The notes below the pieces were generated by a model. The model was not told the origin of the DNA, ran no database searches, and saw nothing but the letters and a program-made list of their open reading frames with translations. From IMG/VR virus record IMGVR_UViG_3300032268_000986, positions 278,866 to 342,865 of that record: 64,000 nucleotides of DNA, one strand, 5' to 3'. Position 1 is the first letter of the stretch, and each line of letters opens with the position of its first letter. Of the stretch, positions 27,460 through 38,200 are shown piece after piece. A program made the position numbers and the translations under genes.

Positions 27460-28068
27460 TTAAGCTACTTGATATGTGCCAGAAAGATCAAAATGTGCGC
27501 CCGATTGCCAGGCGCCTGTGGCCGGAGTGTTGAATTTCCAAACTAGATCGGTAGTGCTACCAGAATAATACAGTTTCATAACTGTGGTGCTGTCAATGAC
27601 ATCTGTGATTCCGGCAATATGGTATAAGGCAGGAGAACCAGCACCGGCTGTTTGATGCAGGCTGCCTCCGGCCAGTCTAAATGTGTTTAGTGCGGGGGTG
27701 GGCAGTGTAATCTGATATCCTGTGCTGCCAAAGTTGGTAACTCCTGTAAAATCCACATACACATGTATATACATCAGCGGACCCATACGCACATAAGATG
27801 CTGTAGCAGTGCCGCCGGCAAATGTGCCCGATCCGTCAGTGAACTGTGGGTTGAATGTTGTGGTGCTGGTAACGCCAGATCCGTATGCTACTAAATTTAA
27901 ATTTCCGTTGACGTTGCCCACATAGATATCTTGTGTGAGTTGGTTGACTACTAATTCACTTGGGCGAGCAACACCATTGTAATCGCCAATGGTTTCTTGT
28001 GCATTGTCTTTCATCACAGCACGGCTTATGCCTGTGATGTTGTCGTATGGTGGGGGTGGATTGGCCAT
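27460..28068 (-). CDS. Probable virion structural protein
   Basis: Late promoters at 28093-28107; Gly/Thr-rich beta-sandwich-like C-terminus (YVRMGPLMYIHVYVDF) typical of fibre-tip domains. Confidence 0.6.
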   Translation of the reverse strand: MANPPPPYDNITGISRAVMKDNAQETIGDYNGVARPSELVVNQLTQDIYVGNVNGNLNLVAYGSGVTSTTTFNPQFTDGSGTFAGGTATASYVRMGPLMYIHVYVDFTGVTNFGSTGYQITLPTPALNTFRLAGGSLHQTAGAGSPALYHIAGITDVIDSTTVMKLYYSGSTTDLVWKFNTPATGAWQSGAHFDLSGTYQVA

Positions 28069-28108
28069 GATCTCTAACTTTCCTTGTTAGAGTATTTAGC
28101 TATTTATG

Positions 28109-28489
28109 TTAATAGCCATTAAAGGGTCGGACTGGACTCTGTGTGTCCACAAACGTGGGTTCTGTGCTGTCAGGGGTTGATACTAGTTGTTTGCCGTCCG
28201 GAGTGTTGGTCATGGTCAGTGCAGTATCAATTATTTGTGCGATTCCTGCGTTCATGCCAGCAATGACCCCGTGTTCGCCAAATGCAGTTTCACCGCTCCA
28301 TGCTGGCAGGTTGTCGGTTAATCCATCTGTGCCTGCATCACTTCTGGCTCGTGCCATGGCCACACTGAATCTATAGTTGTTGTAGGGATCAGCAGCACTG
28401 AGCCCGGGAATCACATAGGTATGACGCATGGGATTGGCCTGCTCAGGTGGCAGGGATTTATGCTCGGTTACAAATTCACGGGCTCGCAT
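28109..28489 (-). CDS. Candidate internal head protein, paralog B
   Basis: N-terminus MRAREFVTE; ends QSPVRPFNGY; paralogous to 28489-28854. Confidence 0.6.
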   Translation of the reverse strand: MRAREFVTEHKSLPPEQANPMRHTYVIPGLSAADPYNNYRFSVAMARARSDAGTDGLTDNLPAWSGETAFGEHGVIAGMNAGIAQIIDTALTMTNTPDGKQLVSTPDSTEPTFVDTQSPVRPFNGY

Positions 28490-28854
28490 CAGTAACCCCC
28501 AAACGCCTTGACTGGACTTTGTTTGCCAGTGCTTGCTAGTTCTTCTGAATCCATGTCACCTGAATTCAAATCAGTATACTCAGCACCAGCTGCCTTGAAT
28601 GCTTGTTTCAGCATTTCGTGTTCAATTTCTGTGTAAGGATAGGCACCACGTTTTTTTCCTATCCAACTTTTTTCATCCATGTCCAACACATCGCCTGATC
28701 CGTCGGCCATGGCCACTGCCATCATCACACGATTGAGAGTGTAGTCACTGTTGGTGCGTTCGCCATCGCTAAACGTGGTCAAGCCCACCGTGGCGGCTTG
28801 ACGACGGTTGCCTATAGTACCATCGCGCTCAGTGATAAACTCTCGTGCTCGCAT
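28489..28854 (-). CDS. Candidate internal head protein, paralog A
   Basis: N-terminus MRAREFITE; ends QSPVKAFGGY. Confidence 0.6.
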   Translation of the reverse strand: MRAREFITERDGTIGNRRQAATVGLTTFSDGERTNSDYTLNRVMMAVAMADGSGDVLDMDEKSWIGKKRGAYPYTEIEHEMLKQAFKAAGAEYTDLNSGDMDSEELASTGKQSPVKAFGGY

Positions 28855-29135
28855 TACGGTGTGTACACGCTGGACAGTGCCGAACTTGCTGTGCCCAGTT
28901 CAGTTGCTGTCCAATTTGAACCAGTCACAGTGACTTTGTTGCCAGCACCTGAGTATATTTCAACTGTGCTGTTGGCAGGTACTTGCACAGCAACAGTGTA
29001 TAAATTTCCCACGGCAGCAGCCGATCCCAAGGCAACTGCATACACATTGTAAGTCACTGCGGTGTTGCCTGTGGCAATACTGAGCTTGTCAGTGTAAACT
29101 GTGGCATTGGACAGTGTGGTGTATACGTTGGCCAT
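28854..29135 (-). CDS. Small beta-rich hypothetical (probably virion) protein
   Basis: 93 aa, Ala/Thr/Val rich, coupled in the late operon. Confidence 0.7.
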   Translation of the reverse strand: MANVYTTLSNATVYTDKLSIATGNTAVTYNVYAVALGSAAAVGNLYTVAVQVPANSTVEIYSGAGNKVTVTGSNWTATELGTASSALSSVYTP

Positions 29136-29320
29136 TATTTCTTGTCCTGTGGAGGAGTTTGTGGAGGGATAGCAACCACTGGTTGAAACAAGTTACGAGT
29201 CTGATCCAACACACCAGGAATGTTTACAGGCTGTTGCTTGTAACCCTGTGTTGCAGGGCTGTGTGGATTCAACACTGGTAGTGTTGTCAGTACTGATTCT
29301 TTAATAATTTTTTGTGTCAT
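29135..29320 (-). CDS. Small hypothetical protein
   Basis: Start revised to ATG 29320 (MTQKIIKES), with a GGAG SD, 2 nt from the upstream stop. Confidence 0.65.
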   Translation of the reverse strand: MTQKIIKESVLTTLPVLNPHSPATQGYKQQPVNIPGVLDQTRNLFQPVVAIPPQTPPQDKK

Positions 29321-29321
29321 A

Positions 29322-31424
29322 TCAAACTCCGTGTTTGCCTTTGTACTCTTTCCAAAGACCAGCCACGCTCTCACGTACTTTTTCCATGTCGCCGTCGCCG
29401 TCTAGGTCAGCTTCTTTCTTGCCATCGGCACGGGCCTTGGCCAGATTGCCAGTGAACTTGTTGCCTTCTTCGGTCTTTTCTTCGTCAACTTCTTTTTTCT
29501 TGACGCCGGCCATTTCCATCATGCGCTTGATGGCATCTTCTTCTTCGGCAGCATAGCTTTGCTGACGTTCTTCTTGACTGGCCAGCACAGGTACTGTGCT
29601 CTGACCAGTTGACTTGGGACCGTTCAAGCCACCTGAGTATTCAAAGTTGTTGTCAGCCTGTTCAGTCTTGGTGGGATAGTCAGGAGAATTTTCATCCACC
29701 ATGTCTGAACAACCACATGGGGCTTGATTGCAAGTTGGACAGGCTTCTTCACCGTGATCATGACCATGATCTTGTCCGCCACCAATACCGGCCATTTTGA
29801 GGATTTCTGCCAACTTGGCTGCATCTTCTTCAGTGGCTGTGACTGTTAGAGAACTGCCACCTTCGGTTGAGCTGCTCATGTTGATGCTCATGCTTTCAGC
29901 AATCATGCTTTCTAGTTCACGATTCATTGAATCATAGATGCCCTTGCCAAAACTCATGCTGCCCTTGCCACCAGCAGCTGGAGCCACGCTGCCTGCTGTG
30001 GTGCTGGATTCGTCAACTTCTTTTTCTTTCTTCTTGCCTTCGGATTTTTTCTTTTCAGGCAAGCCCTTGTGCTTGGTGCTGGCAAAATCTTCAGCATCTT
30101 TTTTCTTCATGGTCTTGGCAACTTTGGCAACTTCTTTGCTGGGGGCTTTTTCGCCCTTTTGTGTTGCATGTACCATGCCCATGAACTTCTGCTGCTTCTT
30201 GCTTACTGCTTTTTCATCAAGCTCTTGTTCACCGTCTTTGCTGATTTTGTAGCCGGCTTTTTTCAGCAACTTCATAGCTGCTTTAACGTCGTCACCTTCT
30301 TCTTTGAGATTGTATTCTGGTCCAGAAGCAGTACCGCCCACACGTTGTGCCATTGGTCGCATACCAGCTCTATTAATCATCTGAGTTTGCTTGAGTCTTT
30401 GTGGATTTTTTTGTGCAAAGGCTAGCAGTTGACGAGCTGTGTTTTCATCGTAAGTTTCGACACTACCTGCGTCAGGATCAACTTCGGCGCCATTCATAGC
30501 AGCAATCTGATCAATCAATGTGTCATCTAAGATAGCAAAAGTTTGTTTCATTCCGCCGCTTTCTTTAGTCATTAACTTTGATCGGCCGCTTGGTCCCTTG
30601 GCACCGGTGCGATTGCTTGTGCCTTTGGGTCGGCCACGACTGCGTTTTTCTCCGGCTGCTGGAGTTTCATCACCTGTGTTGGTTTCACCAGTCTTGGCAT
30701 CGTAGGCACGTGTGTGACGAATACCAGTTGCTGTTTTTTCAATTTCGCCCTTGCTGGTCTTGACACGATCGCCCACACGCATGCCGCTGTGGTCGCCGGC
30801 ACGGCGCTTGACGTCGGCCATCATGTCGTCCCAACCTTCGTCCATTTCTGAGTTACGACCTCGGCCGCCGCCCAGGGCTGACTTCATGGCTTCTGCAGCC
30901 ACATCGCCCAGCATCTCGTCAACTTCTTTCTTGGCGCCGGCAATTTTGTCGGCAAAAGTGATCTTGTCTTTTGGTTCGGCTAGTGCAGCAAAGCTCTTGG
31001 CCTTGGCCGGTGACATTTTTTCTTTGACTACCTTGGGATTTGGTTCACGGCCAGGCTTCATGCCAGTTTGTGGTACGCCCATTCTTTTCTGCAGGTCACG
31101 CATCATGTCTGCATCGCTGCCATGTCCCAGTGTGTCCAGGGCCTTGGAGCCCAGCTTTTTGGCAGCACCACCCACTTTCTTGACAATGTTGCCCAGGCCT
31201 TCGTCAACTTCGGTGTTGTCATATTTGTCATATTTGGCACGTACTGGGTCAAGGTCTTTGCCTTCACGTCCGGCCTTGGCCAAGGCTTCCATGCCTTCTT
31301 TGCCGTATTTTTCATAGCCCTTGGCAGCACGGCTCATGTCACGCTCATTGAGCTGACCATGTGTTTTGCTTGGTGTGGCGCGGATCTCGTCCAGCTTTTT
31401 GTTTAAGTCGTAAAAAAATGTCAT
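29322..31424 (-). CDS. Large charged modular protein (candidate protease-processed head-core/internal protein) with AT-hook motif
   Basis: 700 aa, Lys/Glu/Gly-rich, many hydrophobic-x-E sites (LNE, VDE, VKE, MDE, LDE, IAE, VRE); AT-hook KRSRGRPKG. Confidence 0.55.
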   Translation of the reverse strand: MTFFYDLNKKLDEIRATPSKTHGQLNERDMSRAAKGYEKYGKEGMEALAKAGREGKDLDPVRAKYDKYDNTEVDEGLGNIVKKVGGAAKKLGSKALDTLGHGSDADMMRDLQKRMGVPQTGMKPGREPNPKVVKEKMSPAKAKSFAALAEPKDKITFADKIAGAKKEVDEMLGDVAAEAMKSALGGGRGRNSEMDEGWDDMMADVKRRAGDHSGMRVGDRVKTSKGEIEKTATGIRHTRAYDAKTGETNTGDETPAAGEKRSRGRPKGTSNRTGAKGPSGRSKLMTKESGGMKQTFAILDDTLIDQIAAMNGAEVDPDAGSVETYDENTARQLLAFAQKNPQRLKQTQMINRAGMRPMAQRVGGTASGPEYNLKEEGDDVKAAMKLLKKAGYKISKDGEQELDEKAVSKKQQKFMGMVHATQKGEKAPSKEVAKVAKTMKKKDAEDFASTKHKGLPEKKKSEGKKKEKEVDESSTTAGSVAPAAGGKGSMSFGKGIYDSMNRELESMIAESMSINMSSSTEGGSSLTVTATEEDAAKLAEILKMAGIGGGQDHGHDHGEEACPTCNQAPCGCSDMVDENSPDYPTKTEQADNNFEYSGGLNGPKSTGQSTVPVLASQEERQQSYAAEEEDAIKRMMEMAGVKKKEVDEEKTEEGNKFTGNLAKARADGKKEADLDGDGDMEKVRESVAGLWKEYKGKHGV

Positions 31425-31429
31425 TTGAT

Positions 31430-32038
31430 TTATCCTCTTGGGTGTGCGCCTGTAGTAGGCTTTGGCGGACGCTTGACCTTGCTGAACGGGCTGTTGTTGC
31501 CCATTGGCAGATCATTTGTGGTTTTTGCCGGAGGTGTCTTGCCGCCAGCCACTGTGAAATCACTACGGTATGCATTTTTCAGCACAACATGATTGTATGG
31601 ATCAGCTGAGTAATCTTTCTTCAATGCACGTTGCTCGGCATCGTCGGCAGGATAATCAGTGTCTTTCAACAGATCTTTGTTTTGATCTGTGATCTTTTCA
31701 CTTTCTTGACGTAGACTTTCATCATGAGCACGAGTGCCCATGACAATACGATTTGGATCCATGCCTAGAATCTGTGCCAACTGTTTGATCTGTGGCTCGA
31801 TTGCAGGGTAACGGAAGTCTACGTCAATAATGGTAACAGGCTCGTTTTCAAAGGCCGGAAACTCTGGAATGCTTTTACGCACCGGAGTTGTCTTGGGGTC
31901 AGTCATCTTGGCGATGTCAAACTGAGCCAGTCGGGCTTTGAGCTGACGTACAAAGTCAGCTGGAGCGTCACCAACAATTTTAATGCGATATGTGTATACA
32001 CGTTCGCTTTCAGCAAGATATTGTGCAAATGGTCTCAT
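31430..32038 (-). CDS. Late hypothetical protein with CTS-like N-terminus
   Basis: MRPFAQYLAE resembles the T4 capsid-targeting sequence; late promoter at 32056-32062. Confidence 0.6.
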   Translation of the reverse strand: MRPFAQYLAESERVYTYRIKIVGDAPADFVRQLKARLAQFDIAKMTDPKTTPVRKSIPEFPAFENEPVTIIDVDFRYPAIEPQIKQLAQILGMDPNRIVMGTRAHDESLRQESEKITDQNKDLLKDTDYPADDAEQRALKKDYSADPYNHVVLKNAYRSDFTVAGGKTPPAKTTNDLPMGNNSPFSKVKRPPKPTTGAHPRG

Positions 32039-32058
32039 GGCGATTTCCTATTGAGTAT

Positions 32059-32547
32059 TTATTCTTTTTTGTCGTTTTGATCCACAGGAGGGCGCAAACG
32101 TGCCAGTAGATCATTACGACTAAGCACCACACTGGTGCCAGTTTGTGACACAGTTGCTTCAGGCGGTGTGGCTTGGTCTAGACGTGCTTTTTTCAGCTGC
32201 AAATCAATCATTTTGAGTTTTTTGTCTAGCTTGGCTGTTTTGGCTGTGATTGCATGTCCCAGCATGTTCGAAGCCACACTGAAGATATCACTGGCAAATC
32301 TTGAATCAACTTGCATGCCAAGATCCATGAGATCTCGATAGCTTTCGGTTGCCAGGCCAGCAAGTTCGTCCATTTCAGTGTCGGTTGCATCAAGGCCATT
32401 GACCGCAGGCAGTGCATTGTCAATTTTGTCAATGGCTTGATCAATGGCCTGAATCTGTTCACGCTGTTCTTCCACAGCAACAGGCAGATCTGTGTCAGGT
32501 GCAGCACCTGGGGGTAAATTAAACAGTTCTTCGAGTTTGCGAGTCAT
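32059..32547 (-). CDS. Putative terminase small subunit (gp16-like)
   Basis: 162-aa helical/coiled-coil protein of gp16-like size and pattern, next to gp4; leaderless late promoter at 32552-32558. Confidence 0.45.
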   Translation of the reverse strand: MTRKLEELFNLPPGAAPDTDLPVAVEEQREQIQAIDQAIDKIDNALPAVNGLDATDTEMDELAGLATESYRDLMDLGMQVDSRFASDIFSVASNMLGHAITAKTAKLDKKLKMIDLQLKKARLDQATPPEATVSQTGTSVVLSRNDLLARLRPPVDQNDKKE

Positions 32548-32562
32548 GCCATATTTATGGGC

Positions 32563-32994
32563 TTACTGACGGCCGTTGTGAAACATGTCGGTCTCGGTGA
32601 TGACTCTAAACATCATGCCGTTGCGGCGTGCCCACTTGGTGGCAGCATCCCATTTGGCATAGTTGATGGCTATCACAGCACGATCACGACTGCTCATCTT
32701 GCTCTCTATAACACTTTGTTTTTTGGGTTTGATTTCAATCAGCTCGGCTCGCACAGTGTTGTCTCTGGTGCGATATGTGATCAAAAAATCCGGGATGTAG
32801 TTGGCTGTTTTGCCTGTGAGTGGGTGGCGATAGGGTATGGCTATGCTTTCACTGGCCCACTGCAAGATATGATCATTGGTGTCACAAAATCGCATGAAGC
32901 TGTGTTCCCAGCCTGATCGATAGTGAGGTGCGCCGCGGCCCACATACTTGGCTGGATTGACAACTTGGTAGTCGCCTTGTGCCCACTTGGCCAT
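32563..32994 (-). CDS. gp4: Head completion nuclease (T4 gp4-like, TnsA-N fold)
   Basis: YRSGWE..FM.FCD....ILQWASE.I.IPY..P.....YIPDF...LIEIKP. Confidence 0.9.
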   Translation of the reverse strand: MAKWAQGDYQVVNPAKYVGRGAPHYRSGWEHSFMRFCDTNDHILQWASESIAIPYRHPLTGKTANYIPDFLITYRTRDNTVRAELIEIKPKKQSVIESKMSSRDRAVIAINYAKWDAATKWARRNGMMFRVITETDMFHNGRQ

Positions 32995-33356
32995 TATTGA
33001 ACCACTGCTCGTGCAGCATAATAGTTGGGGGCCACTGGAGCACCCACTCCCAACAAGGTCTCACGACTTCGAATACTGTTGAGGTAGTAGGCCAGGTTTA
33101 CATCTAGATCCATGCCTCGAGGGCCTTGCAGTTGTTGCAGCAAGGTCATGACCGGTATATTGGTGGTTTGTGCAACTCTAAACAAACTCACAGTGAAGTT
33201 TTCCGCGGCCTGACGAGTTTTCATCACTGTGCGGAAATAAGAATTTACTAGATCGTATTCGGCTGCTGGAATGTTTACATCATAGTCGTAGAAACTGTCA
33301 AACACTCTCACTGTGAGATCTAGATTGGGATTCACATAGTTAATAGTGTCGCTCAT
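32994..33356 (-). CDS. Hypothetical virion-module protein
   Basis: 120 aa, coupled between the tube-like gene and gp4. Confidence 0.7.
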   Translation of the reverse strand: MSDTINYVNPNLDLTVRVFDSFYDYDVNIPAAEYDLVNSYFRTVMKTRQAAENFTVSLFRVAQTTNIPVMTLLQQLQGPRGMDLDVNLAYYLNSIRSRETLLGVGAPVAPNYYAARAVVQ

Positions 33357-34522
33357 GGTCCTGGTCCTGGTCCTGTTCTAGGAGTTGTTGCTGGTGTGGC
33401 AGCCGTGGACTTGGTGACATTGGGGAATATCCATCCGTCGGCCTTGTTAGCTACTTGTCTTACTGCACCTGGTATGGCACCTATCACTGTTTGTTTACCA
33501 AGAGCTACTGCTTCACTCTTGGCAATGCTGGCAAGATTTTTGCCCTTGAATGTGTTATAGGCTGTACCGGCTTTTTGCGCGGCGCCCAACAATCCCAGTA
33601 CTGACCCTGATTGCAAATCTTCAATGATGCCAGTGCCAGCATCCAACAATCCGCCCTGGCCAAACACTGTGGCAGTTGAACCAGGTCTTGAAATAGGACT
33701 GCGTGTTTGATCATAGTGTGCTGGGTCTGCAAAGCCCTTGACATTGGTGTCGGGTCTGCTTTTGCCAATAGCGCCTGTGTAGTATTTCACAGTCTCATAG
33801 GAAATGGTCATGCTGTTTTGCATGGTACCATTGCCTTCGGCATAGTTGTATGTGTCGTGACTCCAGTTTTTGATCAAGGGGTTGATCAACACATAGGAAG
33901 CATACTTGTGTTGGTCCATGCCAAAAATTCGTATGTCTGAAAAGAAAGGAGGTTTGCCTGAATCCGAACTGGTACCATCCTTGAAACTTTCGCCAATGTA
34001 TCCCCAGTCGTTTACGTTACCAATGCGTTGATCATCGTAGATGTCACGATCATTGTATCCAAACCCAGTTTGACGATTACTGCTACTGCCCAAGCTGCCG
34101 TTGGTGCTGTTGGCATCGCTGATGTAGGTCTGTGTGGGATCTTTGTAGTAGTAGCTGTAGTAGTTGTACCACATGTTGCGCACCAGGTCACCCGAGTCAT
34201 CGTGAAATGTCACAGTGACATCCTGGTACTTGATACCAGTTTGCACCACACGTTTGCGATTGTATTGATTCAGCGTGTGAGTATCAACATTGTACTTGGG
34301 AAGGTCGCAGGTTTTTACCACCAGGCTCAGTGAGCTTAGATCAGGTATGCTGATGCTGGGTATGGCCTTGGTGTTGATTGTAAAGCTGACATGATACAGG
34401 AACTTGACGCGAGGTTTAAGTTCGTACTGATTGGTCGTGAATGTTTTGCTTGCGTGGGTATAGTCGCGCAGGCCTTGGCCTGCGCCTATAAACCCCTGAA
34501 AGAAGTCTTGGCCAAAACCCAT
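33353..34522 (-). CDS. Tail tube initiator/baseplate protein (gp19/gp54-like fold)
   Basis: VKTCDLPKY...NQYNRKR...I.Y..V.VTFHDD and L.NP.I..W.HD...Y.E motifs; follows the tail tube gene. Confidence 0.7.
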   Translation of the reverse strand: MGFGQDFFQGFIGAGQGLRDYTHASKTFTTNQYELKPRVKFLYHVSFTINTKAIPSISIPDLSSLSLVVKTCDLPKYNVDTHTLNQYNRKRVVQTGIKYQDVTVTFHDDSGDLVRNMWYNYYSYYYKDPTQTYISDANSTNGSLGSSSNRQTGFGYNDRDIYDDQRIGNVNDWGYIGESFKDGTSSDSGKPPFFSDIRIFGMDQHKYASYVLINPLIKNWSHDTYNYAEGNGTMQNSMTISYETVKYYTGAIGKSRPDTNVKGFADPAHYDQTRSPISRPGSTATVFGQGGLLDAGTGIIEDLQSGSVLGLLGAAQKAGTAYNTFKGKNLASIAKSEAVALGKQTVIGAIPGAVRQVANKADGWIFPNVTKSTAATPATTPRTGPGPGP

Positions 34523-34536
34523 GCATGGGCTCCGGG

Positions 34537-35169
34537 TTAAGCGACGCCTGCGCCTGTTACTACATCGCCAACTGTGCGGCCAATAGCAAAGCCAATACCT
34601 GAAGTATTTGGGGCACCCTGACTGGCGTTGTCATACGCAATGGTCATGCTGATGGTAACTGCTGCGCTTTCGCCATAGTTCATGCCACCGTAGTCGGCAC
34701 CTTTAAGGTAACAGCCATACAGTTCCCAAGTCTCAAGAACCACAGGTTCAGCAGCACCGTTGCCACCGTCAAGAATTTCAAATTTGGTTGTAAATTTGTA
34801 ATCAATGCCTGATGCAGCTGATGCCATTTCAAAAAAGTCCAGTTGTTTCTGGAACTGTTCGCCCACTAGTCTAGTGACATTGCCGCCAGCATCGTCACGA
34901 AGTTCACATGTGGTGTCTGCCCATGAATGCTTGCCGGCCAACTTCAATGTTGAGTTGTAGATGGGCACTGTGATTTCTTCAAACGTCAAGTTTGGTCGTG
35001 CAAAGCTGACCACTTGTTTAGTAAGCTCAGTTGTGGGCTTTGAAATACCAAAGTTTTCAAACATCACTCGAAAGCGATATTTGAGTTTGGGCATGAGCAA
35101 GCCCTGGGTGCTGGAACTCTGGTCACTTGCCAGGGGTACCGTCATGCGTTGTAGTGATGAAACTGCCAT
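34537..35169 (-). CDS. gp19: Tail tube protein
   Basis: LKYRFRV, RPNLTFEEI, LAGKHSW, WELYGC, IAYD; directly after the sheath gene; late promoter at 35191-35197. Confidence 0.85.
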   Translation of the reverse strand: MAVSSLQRMTVPLASDQSSSTQGLLMPKLKYRFRVMFENFGISKPTTELTKQVVSFARPNLTFEEITVPIYNSTLKLAGKHSWADTTCELRDDAGGNVTRLVGEQFQKQLDFFEMASAASGIDYKFTTKFEILDGGNGAAEPVVLETWELYGCYLKGADYGGMNYGESAAVTISMTIAYDNASQGAPNTSGIGFAIGRTVGDVVTGAGVA

Positions 35170-35200
35170 TTTAAATATCTCCTATGTTTTTATTTACCTG

Positions 35201-35222
35201 AATAAAGGTCTGTTTCCAGACC
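35201..35222 (-). terminator. Terminator between sheath and tube genes
   Basis: Minus strand GGTCTG-GAAA-CAGACC-TTTATT. Confidence 0.7.
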
Positions 35223-35230
35223 CCTATTTT

Positions 35231-38200
35231 TTAGGCTGCTGCTCCAGAGATCTCTCCAGTATTCTTGATGCGCAGTGGAATATAGATGAATTCCACGGCC
35301 TTGACTGGTTCGATGGCAATATCAACCCACAATTCATTGCGGTCAATACGAGCTGGTGTGTTGTTGCTGAGATCACAAACCACCAAGTAGTCATAGATCG
35401 CACGTTTGGCAATCAAGTCAATCATCAAGCTGTTGCACTGTCCTGCAATTTCATCGCGAGTGATCTGATCGTTTGGTTCAAACAAGAACAGCTTGCCAAC
35501 TTCTTCTAGACGGCCACGCAAGAAGCAAATCAAACGTGCCACGTTGATTCGATCCAGTGCAGTGGTCACACTGCGTGATGTTTTGTTACCAAAGTTGGTG
35601 ATACCAATACCTGGGATAAAGGTAATTGGGTTGATGTTGCGTTCATACAAGATGTCTCGTACTGCTTGGCCAACAGCAATTTGTTGGAATTCGCCAGTTT
35701 GTGCATCAATGTAACCAATTGCAGTGGCATTGTCAATGACACCACGACGTGTGCCAGCCGGAGCCAACCATGGATAGCTCACAGCATCACTACGCAGAAT
35801 AGTACGTACCATCATGTGGCTTGGTGGTTGAACCACGGTTTGTCCGCCAAGGTCTGTGGTAATACAGCTGGGGTAGAACACACCACAATAGTTGCTGGTT
35901 GCAATGTTGCCATCTTCGGTTACCAGACCAGCACCGTTGTTGTTGGTAGCCCAGGCCACTAACTCGTTGCCTGAATTGGGCAATCGCATTGGTGTGTCGC
36001 CCACTACAAACAAGGTGTTGTTGCGCTCGTTGCTGAGTGCAATCATGTTAGGAGTCAGCTCAGGGTATGCTGGTGTGGCAATAATGTTGTACTGGTTTTG
36101 TTCTTCACGTGCTGCCAAGCTGGTGTCAACACCGCTCTTGAGTGATTCAACTACCATTTGACGTTGTGCCAGGCGCCCTGACCACATGCTGCCATTTTGT
36201 TTGTTACCAGACGCAGTCAACCAAGTATTGGTTTCTTGTGGCAATGTGTCATCGGGGAAGCTGGTGGCATTGAAATAATCTGCCTGGAAGCTCTTGACAT
36301 TGTAACCTGAACGGCGTGTGTTGAACAACAACATACCTTGTGGATACAGTGCAGGATCTGGTGCGTCCAAGTCCAAGTAGTTGCTGGTCAGCAAACTAAC
36401 AATGGTTGGGAATGGGTCAGATATACAGTTCACAGTGCCGTTTGTGGCCCAACGAGCATCAGCAAACAAAATGCCGTTTTGTGTGACCTGGTCAGTGGTG
36501 TCAACTTCCACCCACTGATCAACACCGGTTACCGGTTCCCAGCGATACAACTTGGGATAATTTTCCAGGTCGCTGGTGTCAATCCATAGATCACCGTATT
36601 CCAGGGGACTCAGTGCGGTGTCAGTCTGGGTGGTGGGTGCTGTGGCCGCAACAATGGGTCCGGCTGCATTGGTTATACTCAAGTCAAACCCGCGAACATC
36701 GTTGGTGACGTTTTGATATCCCACCCATGAGCCGTTGTTCTGAATCATGATGTCTGCATCACTTACCGAGCTGTAGTACCATAAGCGACCGTCTGCAGGA
36801 TCCTGATCTGGTGCTGTGGGGCTAGCAGTATATGTAAACAACGGTGTGCTTACAAAGTTACTGAGAACCAAGATGGTTAGATCTAGTCTACTGGGGTGAA
36901 TCTTGGGAGTATTCAAAGTGAAACCTGCCACGGTCAGACATGTGCCAGTGAGCTGTTGAATATTCATGTTTCCGCCCTGGCTGTGTGTGAACACAATGTT
37001 ACCGGCGCTGTTTACACTGGCACTCACATAAGGAACATTGGCTGCACTCACTGCGGCCACAAACGCTGCCGGTGTGGTTCCGTTAAGAGTAACAGTTGCA
37101 ACATTTAGTGCTGCGGTGCCTGCCTCAGTGGCACTGATCTCAAATGTATCGCCGTTTGTGAACGTGGTAGGTACAGCAGTGCCAGTTACCACAGTTTGTC
37201 CAATTGCAATTTTTTCAAGAATTTCAAAAGAGAACGATTCATTACTACCCGTGTTGAATTGAGAAGCATCGCATAGGCCATATGTGGTGCCCACAGGAAC
37301 ATTGGCGCCGCCACCAGTGGGATCCAGGCCATACACCGCATTGCGATCACTGGTGAAAATATTGCAAGCCTGTGGAACAAAAGCAGCCAGAGCAGCACTG
37401 TAGCGTTTTACCGCCAGGAAGGCACCGTTGTTCACGGCGCTGATGTTGTTCCATACCGATCCAGTGGGACGCGGTGTGGTGTCAGTGGTTCTCCAACGTG
37501 GAGCCTGATAGCTGAATCCTGGAAAGTACTCAGGTGCCAGATAGCTGCCAGCAGTGATGCCCAGTGCAGTCAACAATGCTGCACCTTGGTTGGGACCAAC
37601 TTCGATGTTTACAATGCCGCCATTGGCAGTGGAACCATCACTGGTGGCTGTGCTGTTGGCATAAATGTTCAATTTTCCGCTGACCGCAGCAGCAGTGACA
37701 CCTGTGATGGCAGCAGCATTGATCACAGCGGCCAGCCCTGTGACTGTGTTGGTAGCACCAACAGTGATCAAGTTGCTGTTGATGTACATGTTTGCGCCCA
37801 CGGTCAGGCTCGATGGGCTGTTGGCACCAGGCACAGACGCCCATGAGCTTTTCCAAGCATCAGAGCCCACTTGCACCCACACGTTGTTGGTGTTTTTGTA
37901 ATAACCAGGATTGTAGTAATTCACTGCACTCACTGCATAGTCGCCAATGCTGCCAATGCTGGCCAAAGGAGTGTAATTGCCGCCGGCGTAGTTTACTACT
38001 TCGTCGGTTTCAGTAATAACAATTGGAGTCTTGACTGTGAATGCACCAGTGGCTAGATTCCATTCTTGAATGCCCCAGGTGGTATTTGTGGTGTCTAACC
38101 AGAATGTGCCGTCAGCAGGAGCGCCAACCGGGCGGCTCAAGCTGGCAGTGAGTTGACTTAGGTCAACTGCCACACGCTGTACATAAGCACGGTTTGTAAC

